From an uncultured Oscillospiraceae bacterium (lineage in GTDB: Bacteria; Bacillota; Clostridia; Oscillospirales; Oscillospiraceae): a DNA stretch of 64,000 bases. The stretch spans positions 3,639-67,638 of the forward strand of contig CAJFNY010000134.1 of assembly GCA_904395865.1 (NCBI GenBank), read 5' to 3'. Made by a program: the position numbers and the translations under genes. The notes under the pieces were generated by a model. That model ran no database searches and was not told the DNA's origin. It saw only the letters and a list, made by a program, of their open reading frames with translations. Below are positions 10,320 through 18,965 of this stretch, piece after piece (within the stretch, counting starts at the first letter, position 1; every line of letters starts with the position of its first letter).

Positions 10320-11624
10320 ATGTCTGCACGGAGCACCGCCCTGGGCGCCCTGATCGCCTGCCGCAAGACGAACGCCTGGTCCGACGGCGTCCTCAAGGAG
10401 GCCGTCCGCCGCGACCGGCTGGACAGCCGCGACGCCGCGCTGGCGTCCCGGCTGTGCTACGGCGTGGTGCAGAACCGGATGCTGCTGGACTTCTATCTGG
10501 CGGCGTTCGTCAAGGGCCCGCTCTCCCGGCTGCAGCCGGTGGTGCTGGACATCCTGCGGCTGGGGGCGTACCAGCTGACCATGATGGAGCGCATCCCCGC
10601 CTCCGCCGCCGTCAACGAGGCCGTGGAGCAGGGGAAGCGGTACGCCAACGCCCGGGCGGCCGGGCTGATCAACGGCGTTCTCCGGGCCATGGCCCGGGCA
10701 GATCGGATGCCGGAGCCGCCGGACCTGGCCACCCGCTACTCCCACCCGGCGCCGCTGGTGGCGCTGCTGCGGGAGAACGTGGGGGACGCGCTGCTGGAGC
10801 CGCTGCTGCGCAGCGACAACGAGGCTCCGGCCACCCAGGTCCAGGTCAACACGCTGCGCCTGACGGAGCAGGCCCTGCGGGCCCACTGGGCCGAGGAGGG
10901 GATCGTCTGCAGCCGCCACCCGTGGATGGACGGCTGCCTGGAGCTCTCGGGCGCCGGCAGCATCGCGGCCATGGACACCTTCCGGGAGGGACACTTCCTG
11001 GTGCAGGACGCTGCGGCCCGGCTGGCGGTGCGCGCGGCGGCGCTGCGGCCCGGCATGCGCGTGCTGGACTGCTGCGCCGCGCCCGGCGGCAAGAGCTTCG
11101 CCGCGGCCATGGACCTGGAGAACCGCGGGGAAATCCTCTCCTGCGACATCCATCCCCACAAGCTGGAGCTGATCCGGAAAGGCGCCGACCGGCTGGGCAT
11201 CTCCATCATCACGGCGATGGAGCAGGACGCCGCCGTGTTCCGCCCGGAGTGGGCCGGCCGGATGGACGCCGTCCTGGCCGACGTGCCGTGCTCCGGCCTG
11301 GGCGTCATCCGCAAGAAGCCCGACATCCGCTACAAGGACCTGCAGGCGATGGAGGCGCTGCCGGCGCTCCAGGCGGCGATCCTGGAGAACGTCAGCCGCT
11401 ACGTCCGCCCCGGCGGCCTGCTGCTCTACAGCACCTGCACGATCCTTCGGCGGGAGAACGGCGGCGTGGTGGACGGCTTCCTGGCGCGGCATCCGGACTT
11501 TCGCCCGGAGCCTCTGGCGCTGCCGGAGGCCCTGGGCGAGGGCCGGCCGCCGCAGCTGACGCTGCTGCCGTGCCTGCACCACTGCGACGGCTTTTTCCTG
11601 GCCGCCATGAGGAGGACGGAATGA
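10320..11624 (+). CDS. rsmB: 16S rRNA m5C967 methyltransferase RsmB
   Basis: NusB-like N-terminus, DCCAAPGGKS, DVPCSGLG, YSTCT; GAAAGGAG RBS. Confidence 0.94.
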   Translation: MSARSTALGALIACRKTNAWSDGVLKEAVRRDRLDSRDAALASRLCYGVVQNRMLLDFYLAAFVKGPLSRLQPVVLDILRLGAYQLTMMERIPASAAVNEAVEQGKRYANARAAGLINGVLRAMARADRMPEPPDLATRYSHPAPLVALLRENVGDALLEPLLRSDNEAPATQVQVNTLRLTEQALRAHWAEEGIVCSRHPWMDGCLELSGAGSIAAMDTFREGHFLVQDAAARLAVRAAALRPGMRVLDCCAAPGGKSFAAAMDLENRGEILSCDIHPHKLELIRKGADRLGISIITAMEQDAAVFRPEWAGRMDAVLADVPCSGLGVIRKKPDIRYKDLQAMEALPALQAAILENVSRYVRPGGLLLYSTCTILRRENGGVVDGFLARHPDFRPEPLALPEALGEGRPPQLTLLPCLHHCDGFFLAAMRRTE

Positions 11625-12697
11625 AGCAGGACATCAAATCCATGACCCTGCAGGAGCTGACTGAGGCCCTCCGGGCCATGGGCCAGCCGGCCTTCCGGGG
11701 GCGCCAGGTGTTCACGTGGCTCCACCGGGGCGCGCCGTCCTTCGAGGCCATGACCGACCTGCCGAAGGCGCTGCGGAGCCGGCTGGATGAGGAATTCCGG
11801 ATCACCGTCCCGAAGGTGGCGCGGAAGCAGCGCTCCGCCCGGGACGGAACGGTCAAATACCTCTGGGAGCTCTCCGACGGCAACTGCGTGGAGACGGTGC
11901 TGATGCATTACCGCCACGGCAACACCGTCTGCATCTCCTCAGAGGTGGGCTGTCCCATGGGCTGCCGCTTCTGCGCCTCGACGCTGGGCGGTCTGGTGCG
12001 GCGGCTGGCGCCGTCGGAGCTGCTGGACCAGGTGCTCTTCACCGGCCTGGACGCCGGCGAGGAGATCTCCAACGTCGTCCTCATGGGCATCGGCGAGCCG
12101 CTGGACAATTTCGACAACGTGCTGCGCTTCCTGGAGCTGGTCAACAGCCCCGACGGCCTGAACATCGGCATGCGCCACATCAGCCTCTCCACCTGCGGCC
12201 TGGCCGACCGGATTGATGCGCTGGCGGAGCACCGGCTGCAGCTGACGCTGTCGGTCTCCCTCCACGCGCCGGACGACGAATCCCGCAGCGCCATCATGCC
12301 GGTCAACCGGCGGTATCCAGTGGATATGCTGCTGGCGGCCTGCCGGCGGTACTTCGAAAAGACGGGGCGCCGCGTGACGTTTGAGTACACCATGATCGAC
12401 GGCGTCAGCGACCGGGAGGAGCAGGCGCAGCTGCTGGCGTCCAAGCTCCGGGGGCTGGCCGCCCATGTGAATCTGATCCCGCTGAACCGGGTGGCCGAGA
12501 GCCCGCTGCGGCCCAGCAGCCGCCCGGCGGTGGCCCGCTTCCAGCAGATTCTGGAGGCCCACGGGATTCCGGCCACGGTCCGCCGTTCCCTGGGCGGCGA
12601 CATCGACGCCTCCTGCGGCCAGCTGCGCCGCAGATACCTCCGCGAGGAGCCCGATCCACAAGCAAAGGAGGACCCGCAATGGAAGCATGGGGATTGA
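11621..12697 (+). CDS. rlmN: Radical-SAM RNA methyltransferase RlmN
   Basis: CPMGCRFCAS (CxxxCxxC), MGIGEPL, DIDASCGQL. Confidence 0.95.
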   Translation: MKQDIKSMTLQELTEALRAMGQPAFRGRQVFTWLHRGAPSFEAMTDLPKALRSRLDEEFRITVPKVARKQRSARDGTVKYLWELSDGNCVETVLMHYRHGNTVCISSEVGCPMGCRFCASTLGGLVRRLAPSELLDQVLFTGLDAGEEISNVVLMGIGEPLDNFDNVLRFLELVNSPDGLNIGMRHISLSTCGLADRIDALAEHRLQLTLSVSLHAPDDESRSAIMPVNRRYPVDMLLAACRRYFEKTGRRVTFEYTMIDGVSDREEQAQLLASKLRGLAAHVNLIPLNRVAESPLRPSSRPAVARFQQILEAHGIPATVRRSLGGDIDASCGQLRRRYLREEPDPQAKEDPQWKHGD

Positions 12698-13410
12698 CAG
12701 ACCTGGGCAACGTCCGCCGGCAGAACCAGGATTATTACGACATTGTCCAGCTGGACGCGCAGCGGCTGCTGCTGGTGGTCTGCGACGGCATGGGCGGCGC
12801 CAAGTCCGGCAACGTGGCCAGCCGCCTGGCGGCGGAGGTTTTCGTCGGCGAGATCCGCCGGATGGCCCGGCCGGAGATGACGCCTGCGGAGATCGAGGCG
12901 CTGCTGCGGGAGGCCATCCGCCTGGCCAACGGCGCCGTCTACGACCAGTCCCAGGTCAGCAGCGACTTCGAGGGCATGGGCACGACGCTGGTGGCCGCGT
13001 ACGTGACGCCGGCGCTGGCGGTGTTCGCCAACGTGGGCGACAGCCGCGCCTACCTTTTCGACCGGGACGGCATCCGCTTCGTCACCGTCGACCACTCTCT
13101 GGTGGAGCTGATGGTGCAGCGGGGCGAGATCAGCCGGGAGCAGGCCAAGAACCACCCCAGCAAGAACCTCATCACCCGTGCCGTGGGCACGGAGCCGTCC
13201 GTCACCTGCGATGTCTACTGCCAGAAGCTGAATCCCGGGGATGCGGTGCTGCTCTGCTCCGACGGCCTGTCCAATGAGCTGGCCGACCAGGAGATACTCT
13301 TTGAGGTGGTCCACGGTGTCCGCAAGGAGGGCTGCTGCCAGCGGCTCCTGGACATCGCCAAGGGCCGCGGTGCGCCGGACAACGTGACCGTCATTCTGGC
13401 CACGGTCTGA
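12679..13410 (+). CDS. prpC: PP2C-family Ser/Thr phosphatase (PrpC/Stp1)
   Basis: NQD, CDGMGG, NVGDSRAY, CSDGL, DNVT. Confidence 0.93.
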   Translation: MEAWGLTDLGNVRRQNQDYYDIVQLDAQRLLLVVCDGMGGAKSGNVASRLAAEVFVGEIRRMARPEMTPAEIEALLREAIRLANGAVYDQSQVSSDFEGMGTTLVAAYVTPALAVFANVGDSRAYLFDRDGIRFVTVDHSLVELMVQRGEISREQAKNHPSKNLITRAVGTEPSVTCDVYCQKLNPGDAVLLCSDGLSNELADQEILFEVVHGVRKEGCCQRLLDIAKGRGAPDNVTVILATV

Positions 13411-13446
13411 CCCCGCACCACCCCCAACGACAGGAGGATTGCAGAT

Positions 13447-15501
13447 ATGGACAATTACATCGGCAGGATGCTGGATAACCGATACGAGATTCTGGAGGTC
13501 ATCGGGATCGGCGGAATGGCGGTTGTATATAAGGCGCGCTGTCACCGGCTGAACCGGCTGGTGGCCATCAAGATTCTCAAGGACGAGTTCTCCCAGGATG
13601 CGGAGTTCCGCCGCCGCTTCCACGCGGAGTCCCAGGCGGTTGCCATGCTGTCCCACCCGAACATCGTGTCGGTCTACGACGTGTCCCACTCCGGGGATAC
13701 CGACTACATCGTCATGGAGCTCATCGACGGCATCACCCTCAAGCAGTACATGGAGCAGAAGGGCCAGCTCAACTGGCGCGAGACGCTCCACTTCGCCACG
13801 CAGATCGCCAAAGCCCTGGAGCACGCCCACAGCCGCGGCATCGTCCACCGGGACATCAAGCCCCACAACATCATGATTCTCAAGGACGGCAGCGTCAAGG
13901 TGGCCGACTTCGGCATCGCCCGGATCACCTCCGCCCAGAGTACGCTGACCCGGGAGGCCCTGGGCTCCGTGCACTACATCTCGCCGGAGCAGGCCCGCGG
14001 CAGCCGCGTGGACAAGCGGTCCGACCTGTACTCCCTGGGTGTCGTCATGTACGAGATGCTCACCGGCCGGCCGCCCTTCGACGGCGACTCCCCGGTGGCT
14101 GTGGCCATTCAGCACATCAACGGCACGCCGGTGCTGCCCACGGAGCTGAACCCGAACATTCCCCGCGGCCTGGAGCAGATCACCATGCACGCCATGACGG
14201 CGGCGCTGGATCAGCGGTACGAGTCGGCCACCGACATGCTGGCGGACCTGGAGGAGTTCCGGAAGAATCCCAACGTGATCTTCGATTTCTCGGCCCCGTC
14301 CCTTTCCGACAAGACCCAGGTCATGGAGCCGGTCCAGGCGCCGCCCCCGGCGGAGCAGCCGGCGCCCCGGCCCCAGAAGTCCCGCGCGGCGCAGGAGGTG
14401 CGGCGCCAGGCCCCGCGGGAGGAGGAGCAGCCCTCCGGCAAGGGCAACCGCGTGGCGGTGATTGCCGGCGTCGTCTGCATCCTGCTGGCGGTGGTGGGCA
14501 TCTTCGTGTTCCTCTACAACACGTTCCTGCGGGACCTGTTCACCGAGACGGAGAACACGCCGGTGCCGTACCTGGTGGGACAGATCTACAGTGAGATCGA
14601 TCCGACGGATTACCCCGATGTGGTGCTGGTGCCCACCTGGGTGGACGGCGAGGAGCCTGCCGGCACCATCACGGCCCAGAACCCGGAGTCCGGCGAGGTC
14701 AAGGTCGGCGCGACCATCTCGCTGACCGTTTCCAACGGCAGCACCGCCGAGGAGCCGGTCACGATGCCGGGTCTGGTGGGTCAGACGGCGTCCTACGCCG
14801 CGAGCGTTCTGGGCGGGATGGGCTTCCAGGTGCAGCAGAACCGGGTGCCGGACGACGCTCCGGCCGACGAGGTGATCGAGACGGATCCCGTGGAGGGAAC
14901 GGAGCTGCAGGCCGGCCAGCTGGTGACGCTGACCGTCAGCGACGGGCCGGAGGAGGAGATGGTCCAGGTGCCGCCGCTGGAGCTGCGGGACGTGGAAGAA
15001 GCGCTGCAGCTGATCGAGGAGGCGGGGCTGGAGCCCGGCTCCGTCCGGCCCATGGAGAGTGATCTGCCGGAGGGCACCGTCATTGAGCAGAGCATCGCCC
15101 AGGACGTGGAGGTCGCGCCGGGCACGGTCATCAACCTGATCGTCTCCAGCGGCCCGGCAGAGGAGGACACGCCGGAGGAGACTGACGACCCGTCCGGCAA
15201 CGACAATCCCGACGGCGGGAGCGATACGGAGCCGACCGACCCATCCACCACCGACGATCCCCAGACCGGCGGCGAGACGCTGTATCCTGCCACGATCACC
15301 GTCCCGCTGCCCACGGAGTGGGAGACGACCGTCGTCACCTGGAGCGTCGACGGCGTGCCCCAGGGCGAGCCCATGGAGGTGGAGACCGCCCAGGGCACCG
15401 TCACACTGACGGCCCAGGGCCGCGGCGATCAGCTGGTGACGGTGTACTTCGACGGTGTTCAGGGCTGGAGCCAGCTGGTGCACTTCAGCGAGGACTCGTG
15501 A
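13447..15501 (+). CDS. prkC: PASTA-domain Ser/Thr kinase (PrkC/PknB)
   Basis: GIGGMAVVY, VAIK, HRDIKPHN, DFGIA, TM helix, about three PASTA-like repeats, acidic linker and a small beta C-terminal domain. Confidence 0.93.
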   Translation: MDNYIGRMLDNRYEILEVIGIGGMAVVYKARCHRLNRLVAIKILKDEFSQDAEFRRRFHAESQAVAMLSHPNIVSVYDVSHSGDTDYIVMELIDGITLKQYMEQKGQLNWRETLHFATQIAKALEHAHSRGIVHRDIKPHNIMILKDGSVKVADFGIARITSAQSTLTREALGSVHYISPEQARGSRVDKRSDLYSLGVVMYEMLTGRPPFDGDSPVAVAIQHINGTPVLPTELNPNIPRGLEQITMHAMTAALDQRYESATDMLADLEEFRKNPNVIFDFSAPSLSDKTQVMEPVQAPPPAEQPAPRPQKSRAAQEVRRQAPREEEQPSGKGNRVAVIAGVVCILLAVVGIFVFLYNTFLRDLFTETENTPVPYLVGQIYSEIDPTDYPDVVLVPTWVDGEEPAGTITAQNPESGEVKVGATISLTVSNGSTAEEPVTMPGLVGQTASYAASVLGGMGFQVQQNRVPDDAPADEVIETDPVEGTELQAGQLVTLTVSDGPEEEMVQVPPLELRDVEEALQLIEEAGLEPGSVRPMESDLPEGTVIEQSIAQDVEVAPGTVINLIVSSGPAEEDTPEETDDPSGNDNPDGGSDTEPTDPSTTDDPQTGGETLYPATITVPLPTEWETTVVTWSVDGVPQGEPMEVETAQGTVTLTAQGRGDQLVTVYFDGVQGWSQLVHFSEDS

Positions 15502-16385
15502 TGGAGGGCAGGATCGTCAAGGCCCTCAGCGGCTTCTACTACGTGGAGGATGCGCAGGGGAACGTGGTGGCGTGCCGCGCCCGCGGGAAGTTCCGGAAGG
15601 AGCAGCTGACGCCCCTGGTGGGCGACTGGGTCGAAGTGGCCCTGGAGGGCGGCACCGGCACCGTCACGGAGATCCGCCCCCGGCGGAACCACTTCCTGCG
15701 GCCGGCGGTGGCCAACCTGGACGCCCTGGTGGTCCTGGCCTCCGGCGCCATTCCCGTGACGGAGCCCTTCCTCATTGACCGGATCACGGCCATTGCCGGC
15801 GAGCAGAACGTGCCGGTCCTGATCTGCGTCAACAAGTGCGATCTGGAGGACGGCACCGAGCTGGCCCGGATCTACACCCACGCCGGCTACCCGGTCTATC
15901 GCACCAGCGCAGAGACCGGCGAGGGCGTGGCGGAGCTGGGGGCGGCCATCCGCAGCAGGGTGGTGGCCTTCACCGGCAATTCCGGCGTGGGCAAGAGCAG
16001 CATCCTCAACCGGCTGGACCCGGCGTTCCGCATCCGGGTGGGCGAGGTGTCCGACAGGCTGGGCCGCGGCCGCCACACGACCCGCCACGTGGAGCTCTAC
16101 CGCATGGCCGGCGGCACGTACGTGGCCGACACGCCGGGCTTCTCGTCCTTCGACACCGAGCGCATGGAGCTGGTGGTCAAGGAGAACCTGCAGTACGCAT
16201 TCCCGGACTTCGCGCCCTTCCTGGGTCAGTGCCAGTTCCACGACTGCGCGCATATGGCCGAGCCCGGCTGCCGCGTCCGGCAGGCCCTGGCCGACGGGGC
16301 GCTGGAGCCCACCCGGTACGCCAGCTACGTCCGGCTCTATGAACAGGCAAAGGAGTGGAAGGCATGGGAGCAGAAACCGCGCTGA
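15501..16385 (+). CDS. rsgA: Ribosome small subunit-dependent GTPase A
   Basis: NKCD, GNSGVGKSS, GRHTT, DTPG, C-terminal CQFHDCAH..EPGC. Confidence 0.96.
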   Translation: MEGRIVKALSGFYYVEDAQGNVVACRARGKFRKEQLTPLVGDWVEVALEGGTGTVTEIRPRRNHFLRPAVANLDALVVLASGAIPVTEPFLIDRITAIAGEQNVPVLICVNKCDLEDGTELARIYTHAGYPVYRTSAETGEGVAELGAAIRSRVVAFTGNSGVGKSSILNRLDPAFRIRVGEVSDRLGRGRHTTRHVELYRMAGGTYVADTPGFSSFDTERMELVVKENLQYAFPDFAPFLGQCQFHDCAHMAEPGCRVRQALADGALEPTRYASYVRLYEQAKEWKAWEQKPR

Positions 16386-16996
16386 TCTTCGGGTCCCTTC
16401 CGTGCGCCCGCTGGGACTTCCTGGAGCCCCTGCGGGGGCGCGCCGCGGTGTTCTGCGCCGACGGCGGCACCCGCTGCGCCGCGGAGGCCGGCTTCCCGGT
16501 GGACTTCTACGTGGGCGACAGCGACTCCGGCGGCGCGCCGCCGCCGGGAGCCGAGCGGCTGCTGCTGCCGGCGGAGAAGGACCTGACGGACCTGCAGGCG
16601 GCGTACGAGCTGGCCCGGGACCGCGGCTTCCGCCGCATGGCGTTCACCGGCTGCACCGGCGGCCGGCAGGACCACCACTTGGCCAACCTCCAGCTGCTGG
16701 AGACGGCGTGCCGCCAGGGGATCGACGCGGTGATCCTGGACGAGCGCAACGAGATCCGCTGCTTCTGCGGCGGCACCGTCACGGTGCCCCACGGCGGCTT
16801 CCGCTATTTCTCCCTGATCCCGCTGGACGCGGAGCTCCGCGGTGTCACCATCCGCGGCGCGCGTTACCCGCTGGAGGACGCCGTGGTGCGCCGGGGAGAC
16901 AGCCTCACCGTCAGCAATGAGACTGCCGGCGGCCCGGCCACGGTGACGGTGGCCCGGGGGACCGCCTGGCTGATCCGGGCGGACCGGATCCCGTGA
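16364..16996 (+). CDS. thiN: Thiamine diphosphokinase
   Basis: CADGG, VGDSDS, EKDLTD, GGRQDH, VSNE. Confidence 0.9.
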   Translation: MGAETALIFGSLPCARWDFLEPLRGRAAVFCADGGTRCAAEAGFPVDFYVGDSDSGGAPPPGAERLLLPAEKDLTDLQAAYELARDRGFRRMAFTGCTGGRQDHHLANLQLLETACRQGIDAVILDERNEIRCFCGGTVTVPHGGFRYFSLIPLDAELRGVTIRGARYPLEDAVVRRGDSLTVSNETAGGPATVTVARGTAWLIRADRIP

Positions 16997-17013
16997 AAAC
17001 TGGACATCTTTTC

Positions 17014-17052
17014 CCGCCTCCTGCGTATACTCATGGCAGGAGGCGGTGTTTT
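17014..17052 (+). terminator. Terminator hairpin of the long operon; also contains a mother-cell-type -10 box and the RBS of the next ORF
   Basis: Perfect 11-bp stem CCGCCTCCTGC/GCAGGAGGCGG followed by TGTTTT. Confidence 0.7.
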
Positions 17053-17196
17053 ATGTGCAGGAGAGCGATGGCAATCGGAAACGCGATGATGGCGCTGGGG
17101 GCGGGGCTGCTGCTCTCGCTGCTGGTGCCGCGGAGCTTCCTGACGGTGGTGCTGGGTGTGGGGCTGCTGGTGCTGGGCTGGCTGATCCGAAAATAG
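17053..17196 (+). CDS. Small hydrophobic 47-aa protein with two TM segments, probably sporulation-related
   Basis: AGGAGG RBS; MCRRAMAIGNAMMALGAGLLLSLLVPRSFLTVVLGVGLLVLGWLIRK. Confidence 0.65.
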   Translation: MCRRAMAIGNAMMALGAGLLLSLLVPRSFLTVVLGVGLLVLGWLIRK

Positions 17197-17218
17197 GGAA
17201 GAGGCGCCGGGACAACCG

Positions 17219-17249
17219 GCATAACCTCGTCCGGCCCCGCATATATACT
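17219..17249 (+). promoter_or_regulatory. SigE-like promoter of the SPOCS/LysM gene
   Basis: GCATAAC...CATATATACT at plausible spacing, upstream of a coat morphogenetic gene. Confidence 0.5.
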
Positions 17250-17322
17250 TCCATAGCCAGTCGGGCGCCATGGCCCAGGGCCGCCCGGGAATCTGCATGG
17301 CATCATCGAGGAGTGAAGAGCA

Positions 17323-18837
17323 ATGGAGCTTTTGTTGGAAACCAAGTCCGCCGACTTCCTGCGGGAGGTGTTCTGCGTGCCGGTCTCCCAGGAGGAGACC
17401 GGGGAGACGATCGTGCCGGACAGCCTGCCGGACGCCGGCCGGATCCTGCAGGCCTGCGGCTCTGTGGTGCTGCGGAACAAGGATTACCGCAGCGGCAGCG
17501 TCAGCATTTCCGGCGGCATTCACGCCGGGGTGCTGTACCTGCCTGAGGACCAGGGGGCGCCCAGAGCCCTGCACCTGTATCTGCCGTTTACGGTGCGCGT
17601 GGAGCATCCGGCCGCCACGGAGAACACGCGGGCGGCGGTGGACCTGCGCGTCTCCAGCGTGGACGCGAGGATTCTCAATTCCCGGAAGGTGCTCGTCCGG
17701 GTGGGACTCAGCGGCACCGTCACCGGGTATGAGCCGGCCTGCCAGGAGCTGAGCGTCGGCGCCCCGGAGGAGGCCGCCGACCTGCAGCTGCGCACCGCAG
17801 CGTACCAGGTGGTCCGGGCGCTGGAGTATGCGGAAAAGCCGTTCCAGATGGCTGAGGAAGCGGAGCTGCCGGCCGGCCGCGCGCCCATGCGGGAGCTGTG
17901 CCAGTACCAGGCGGACGTGGAGGTCGTGGAGTCGAAGCTGGCGGGGAGCAAGGGGCTGTTCAAGGGGAACGTGGCGCTGAAGCTCCTCTACCTGACCGAG
18001 GAAGAGGAGCTGGCGGCGTGGACGTGTCAGCTGCCGTTCTCTCAGTTCGTGGATCTGGAGCATGAGTACGGTGACGATGAGGAGCTGGAAACCGCCATCC
18101 AGCTGACGGACTTCGGCGTCGAGGACGCCAATGGCCAGGGGCGCCGCCTGCTGGTGAACCTGCAGCTGCTGGCCCAGTGCACCGTGGTGGGCCGCGAGAC
18201 CGTGGAGGTGATCGAGGACGTCTACAGCCTCTATCACGACTTCACGCCCCAGTGGCGGCAGGTGGAGGCGGCGGGCCGGCTGGACCGCCAGAGGCTCACG
18301 GAGACCTTCCGGTCTCAGACGCCGGCTTCCGTCCAGGAGATCCTCGACACCCGCGTCTCTCTGGGGAATCCCGTTGCCCGCCGGGAGGGGGAGACGGTCT
18401 CGGTGACGCTGCCGGCCTCGGCTACCGTGCTGTACCGGGACGAGGAGGGGGAGCTGCAGTCAGCCGCCCTGCGGCTGGAGGCGGCCTGCAGCACCGAGGC
18501 GGCGGAGAACGTCGTCTGCCGCCCGTCCGCAGCGCTCTCCGGCGAGGCCTTCGCGGTGCCGTCGGGCGACGGGCTGGAGGTCCGGTGCAACGTGGCGTTC
18601 ACCCTGGACACCTTCTCCCAGCAGAGCTTCCGGACCCTGGCCGGCGGCCAGCTCAGCGACGAGCGGCTGGATACCTCCGACCGGCCGTCGGTGATCCTGC
18701 GGACGGTGGGGGAGGGGGACACCCTCTGGTCCCTGGCCAAGGGCTGCCGCACCACGCCGGAGGCTATCCGCACCGCCAACAACCTGGAGGAGGGCGCCGA
18801 GCTGTCCGGCATGATCCTGATCCCGGTGATGAAATAG
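17323..18837 (+). CDS. SPOCS (DUF3794) repeat + C-terminal LysM spore-coat morphogenetic protein (SipL-like)
   Basis: IVPDSLPDAGRIL, repeated SPOCS-like units (LPFSQFVDL), C-terminal GDTLWSLAK...TTPEAIRTANNL LysM. Confidence 0.85.
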   Translation: MELLLETKSADFLREVFCVPVSQEETGETIVPDSLPDAGRILQACGSVVLRNKDYRSGSVSISGGIHAGVLYLPEDQGAPRALHLYLPFTVRVEHPAATENTRAAVDLRVSSVDARILNSRKVLVRVGLSGTVTGYEPACQELSVGAPEEAADLQLRTAAYQVVRALEYAEKPFQMAEEAELPAGRAPMRELCQYQADVEVVESKLAGSKGLFKGNVALKLLYLTEEEELAAWTCQLPFSQFVDLEHEYGDDEELETAIQLTDFGVEDANGQGRRLLVNLQLLAQCTVVGRETVEVIEDVYSLYHDFTPQWRQVEAAGRLDRQRLTETFRSQTPASVQEILDTRVSLGNPVARREGETVSVTLPASATVLYRDEEGELQSAALRLEAACSTEAAENVVCRPSAALSGEAFAVPSGDGLEVRCNVAFTLDTFSQQSFRTLAGGQLSDERLDTSDRPSVILRTVGEGDTLWSLAKGCRTTPEAIRTANNLEEGAELSGMILIPVMK

Positions 18838-18847
18838 CGGAAGTCTG

Positions 18848-18878
18848 AAGCGCCGCCCAGCAGGGCGGCGCTTTTCTT
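18848..18878 (+). terminator. Intrinsic terminator
   Basis: AAGCGCCGCCC-agca-GGGCGGCGCTT followed by TTCTT. Confidence 0.75.
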
Positions 18879-18905
18879 GACAAGCGGCCGCCGGCATCGT
18901 AGAAT
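18877..18905 (+). promoter_or_regulatory. SigA-type promoter of the hydrogenase
   Basis: TTGACA-17-TAGAAT. Confidence 0.7.
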
Positions 18906-18965
18906 AGAACCGGATTTTTTCGGAAAAGCTCCATACGAGCAGTCTGCACAGAAAGGAAGTTTGCC

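Noticed and set aside
6184-15483. Very long antisense and alternate-frame ORFs (e.g. 6184-8850, 11908-15483; also 18315-21134, 27358-30294, 50186-53458, 60732-63680)
   Set aside because: They mirror well-supported genes on the opposite strand, have no recognisable motifs, and are expected from strong GC3 bias that removes stop codons.
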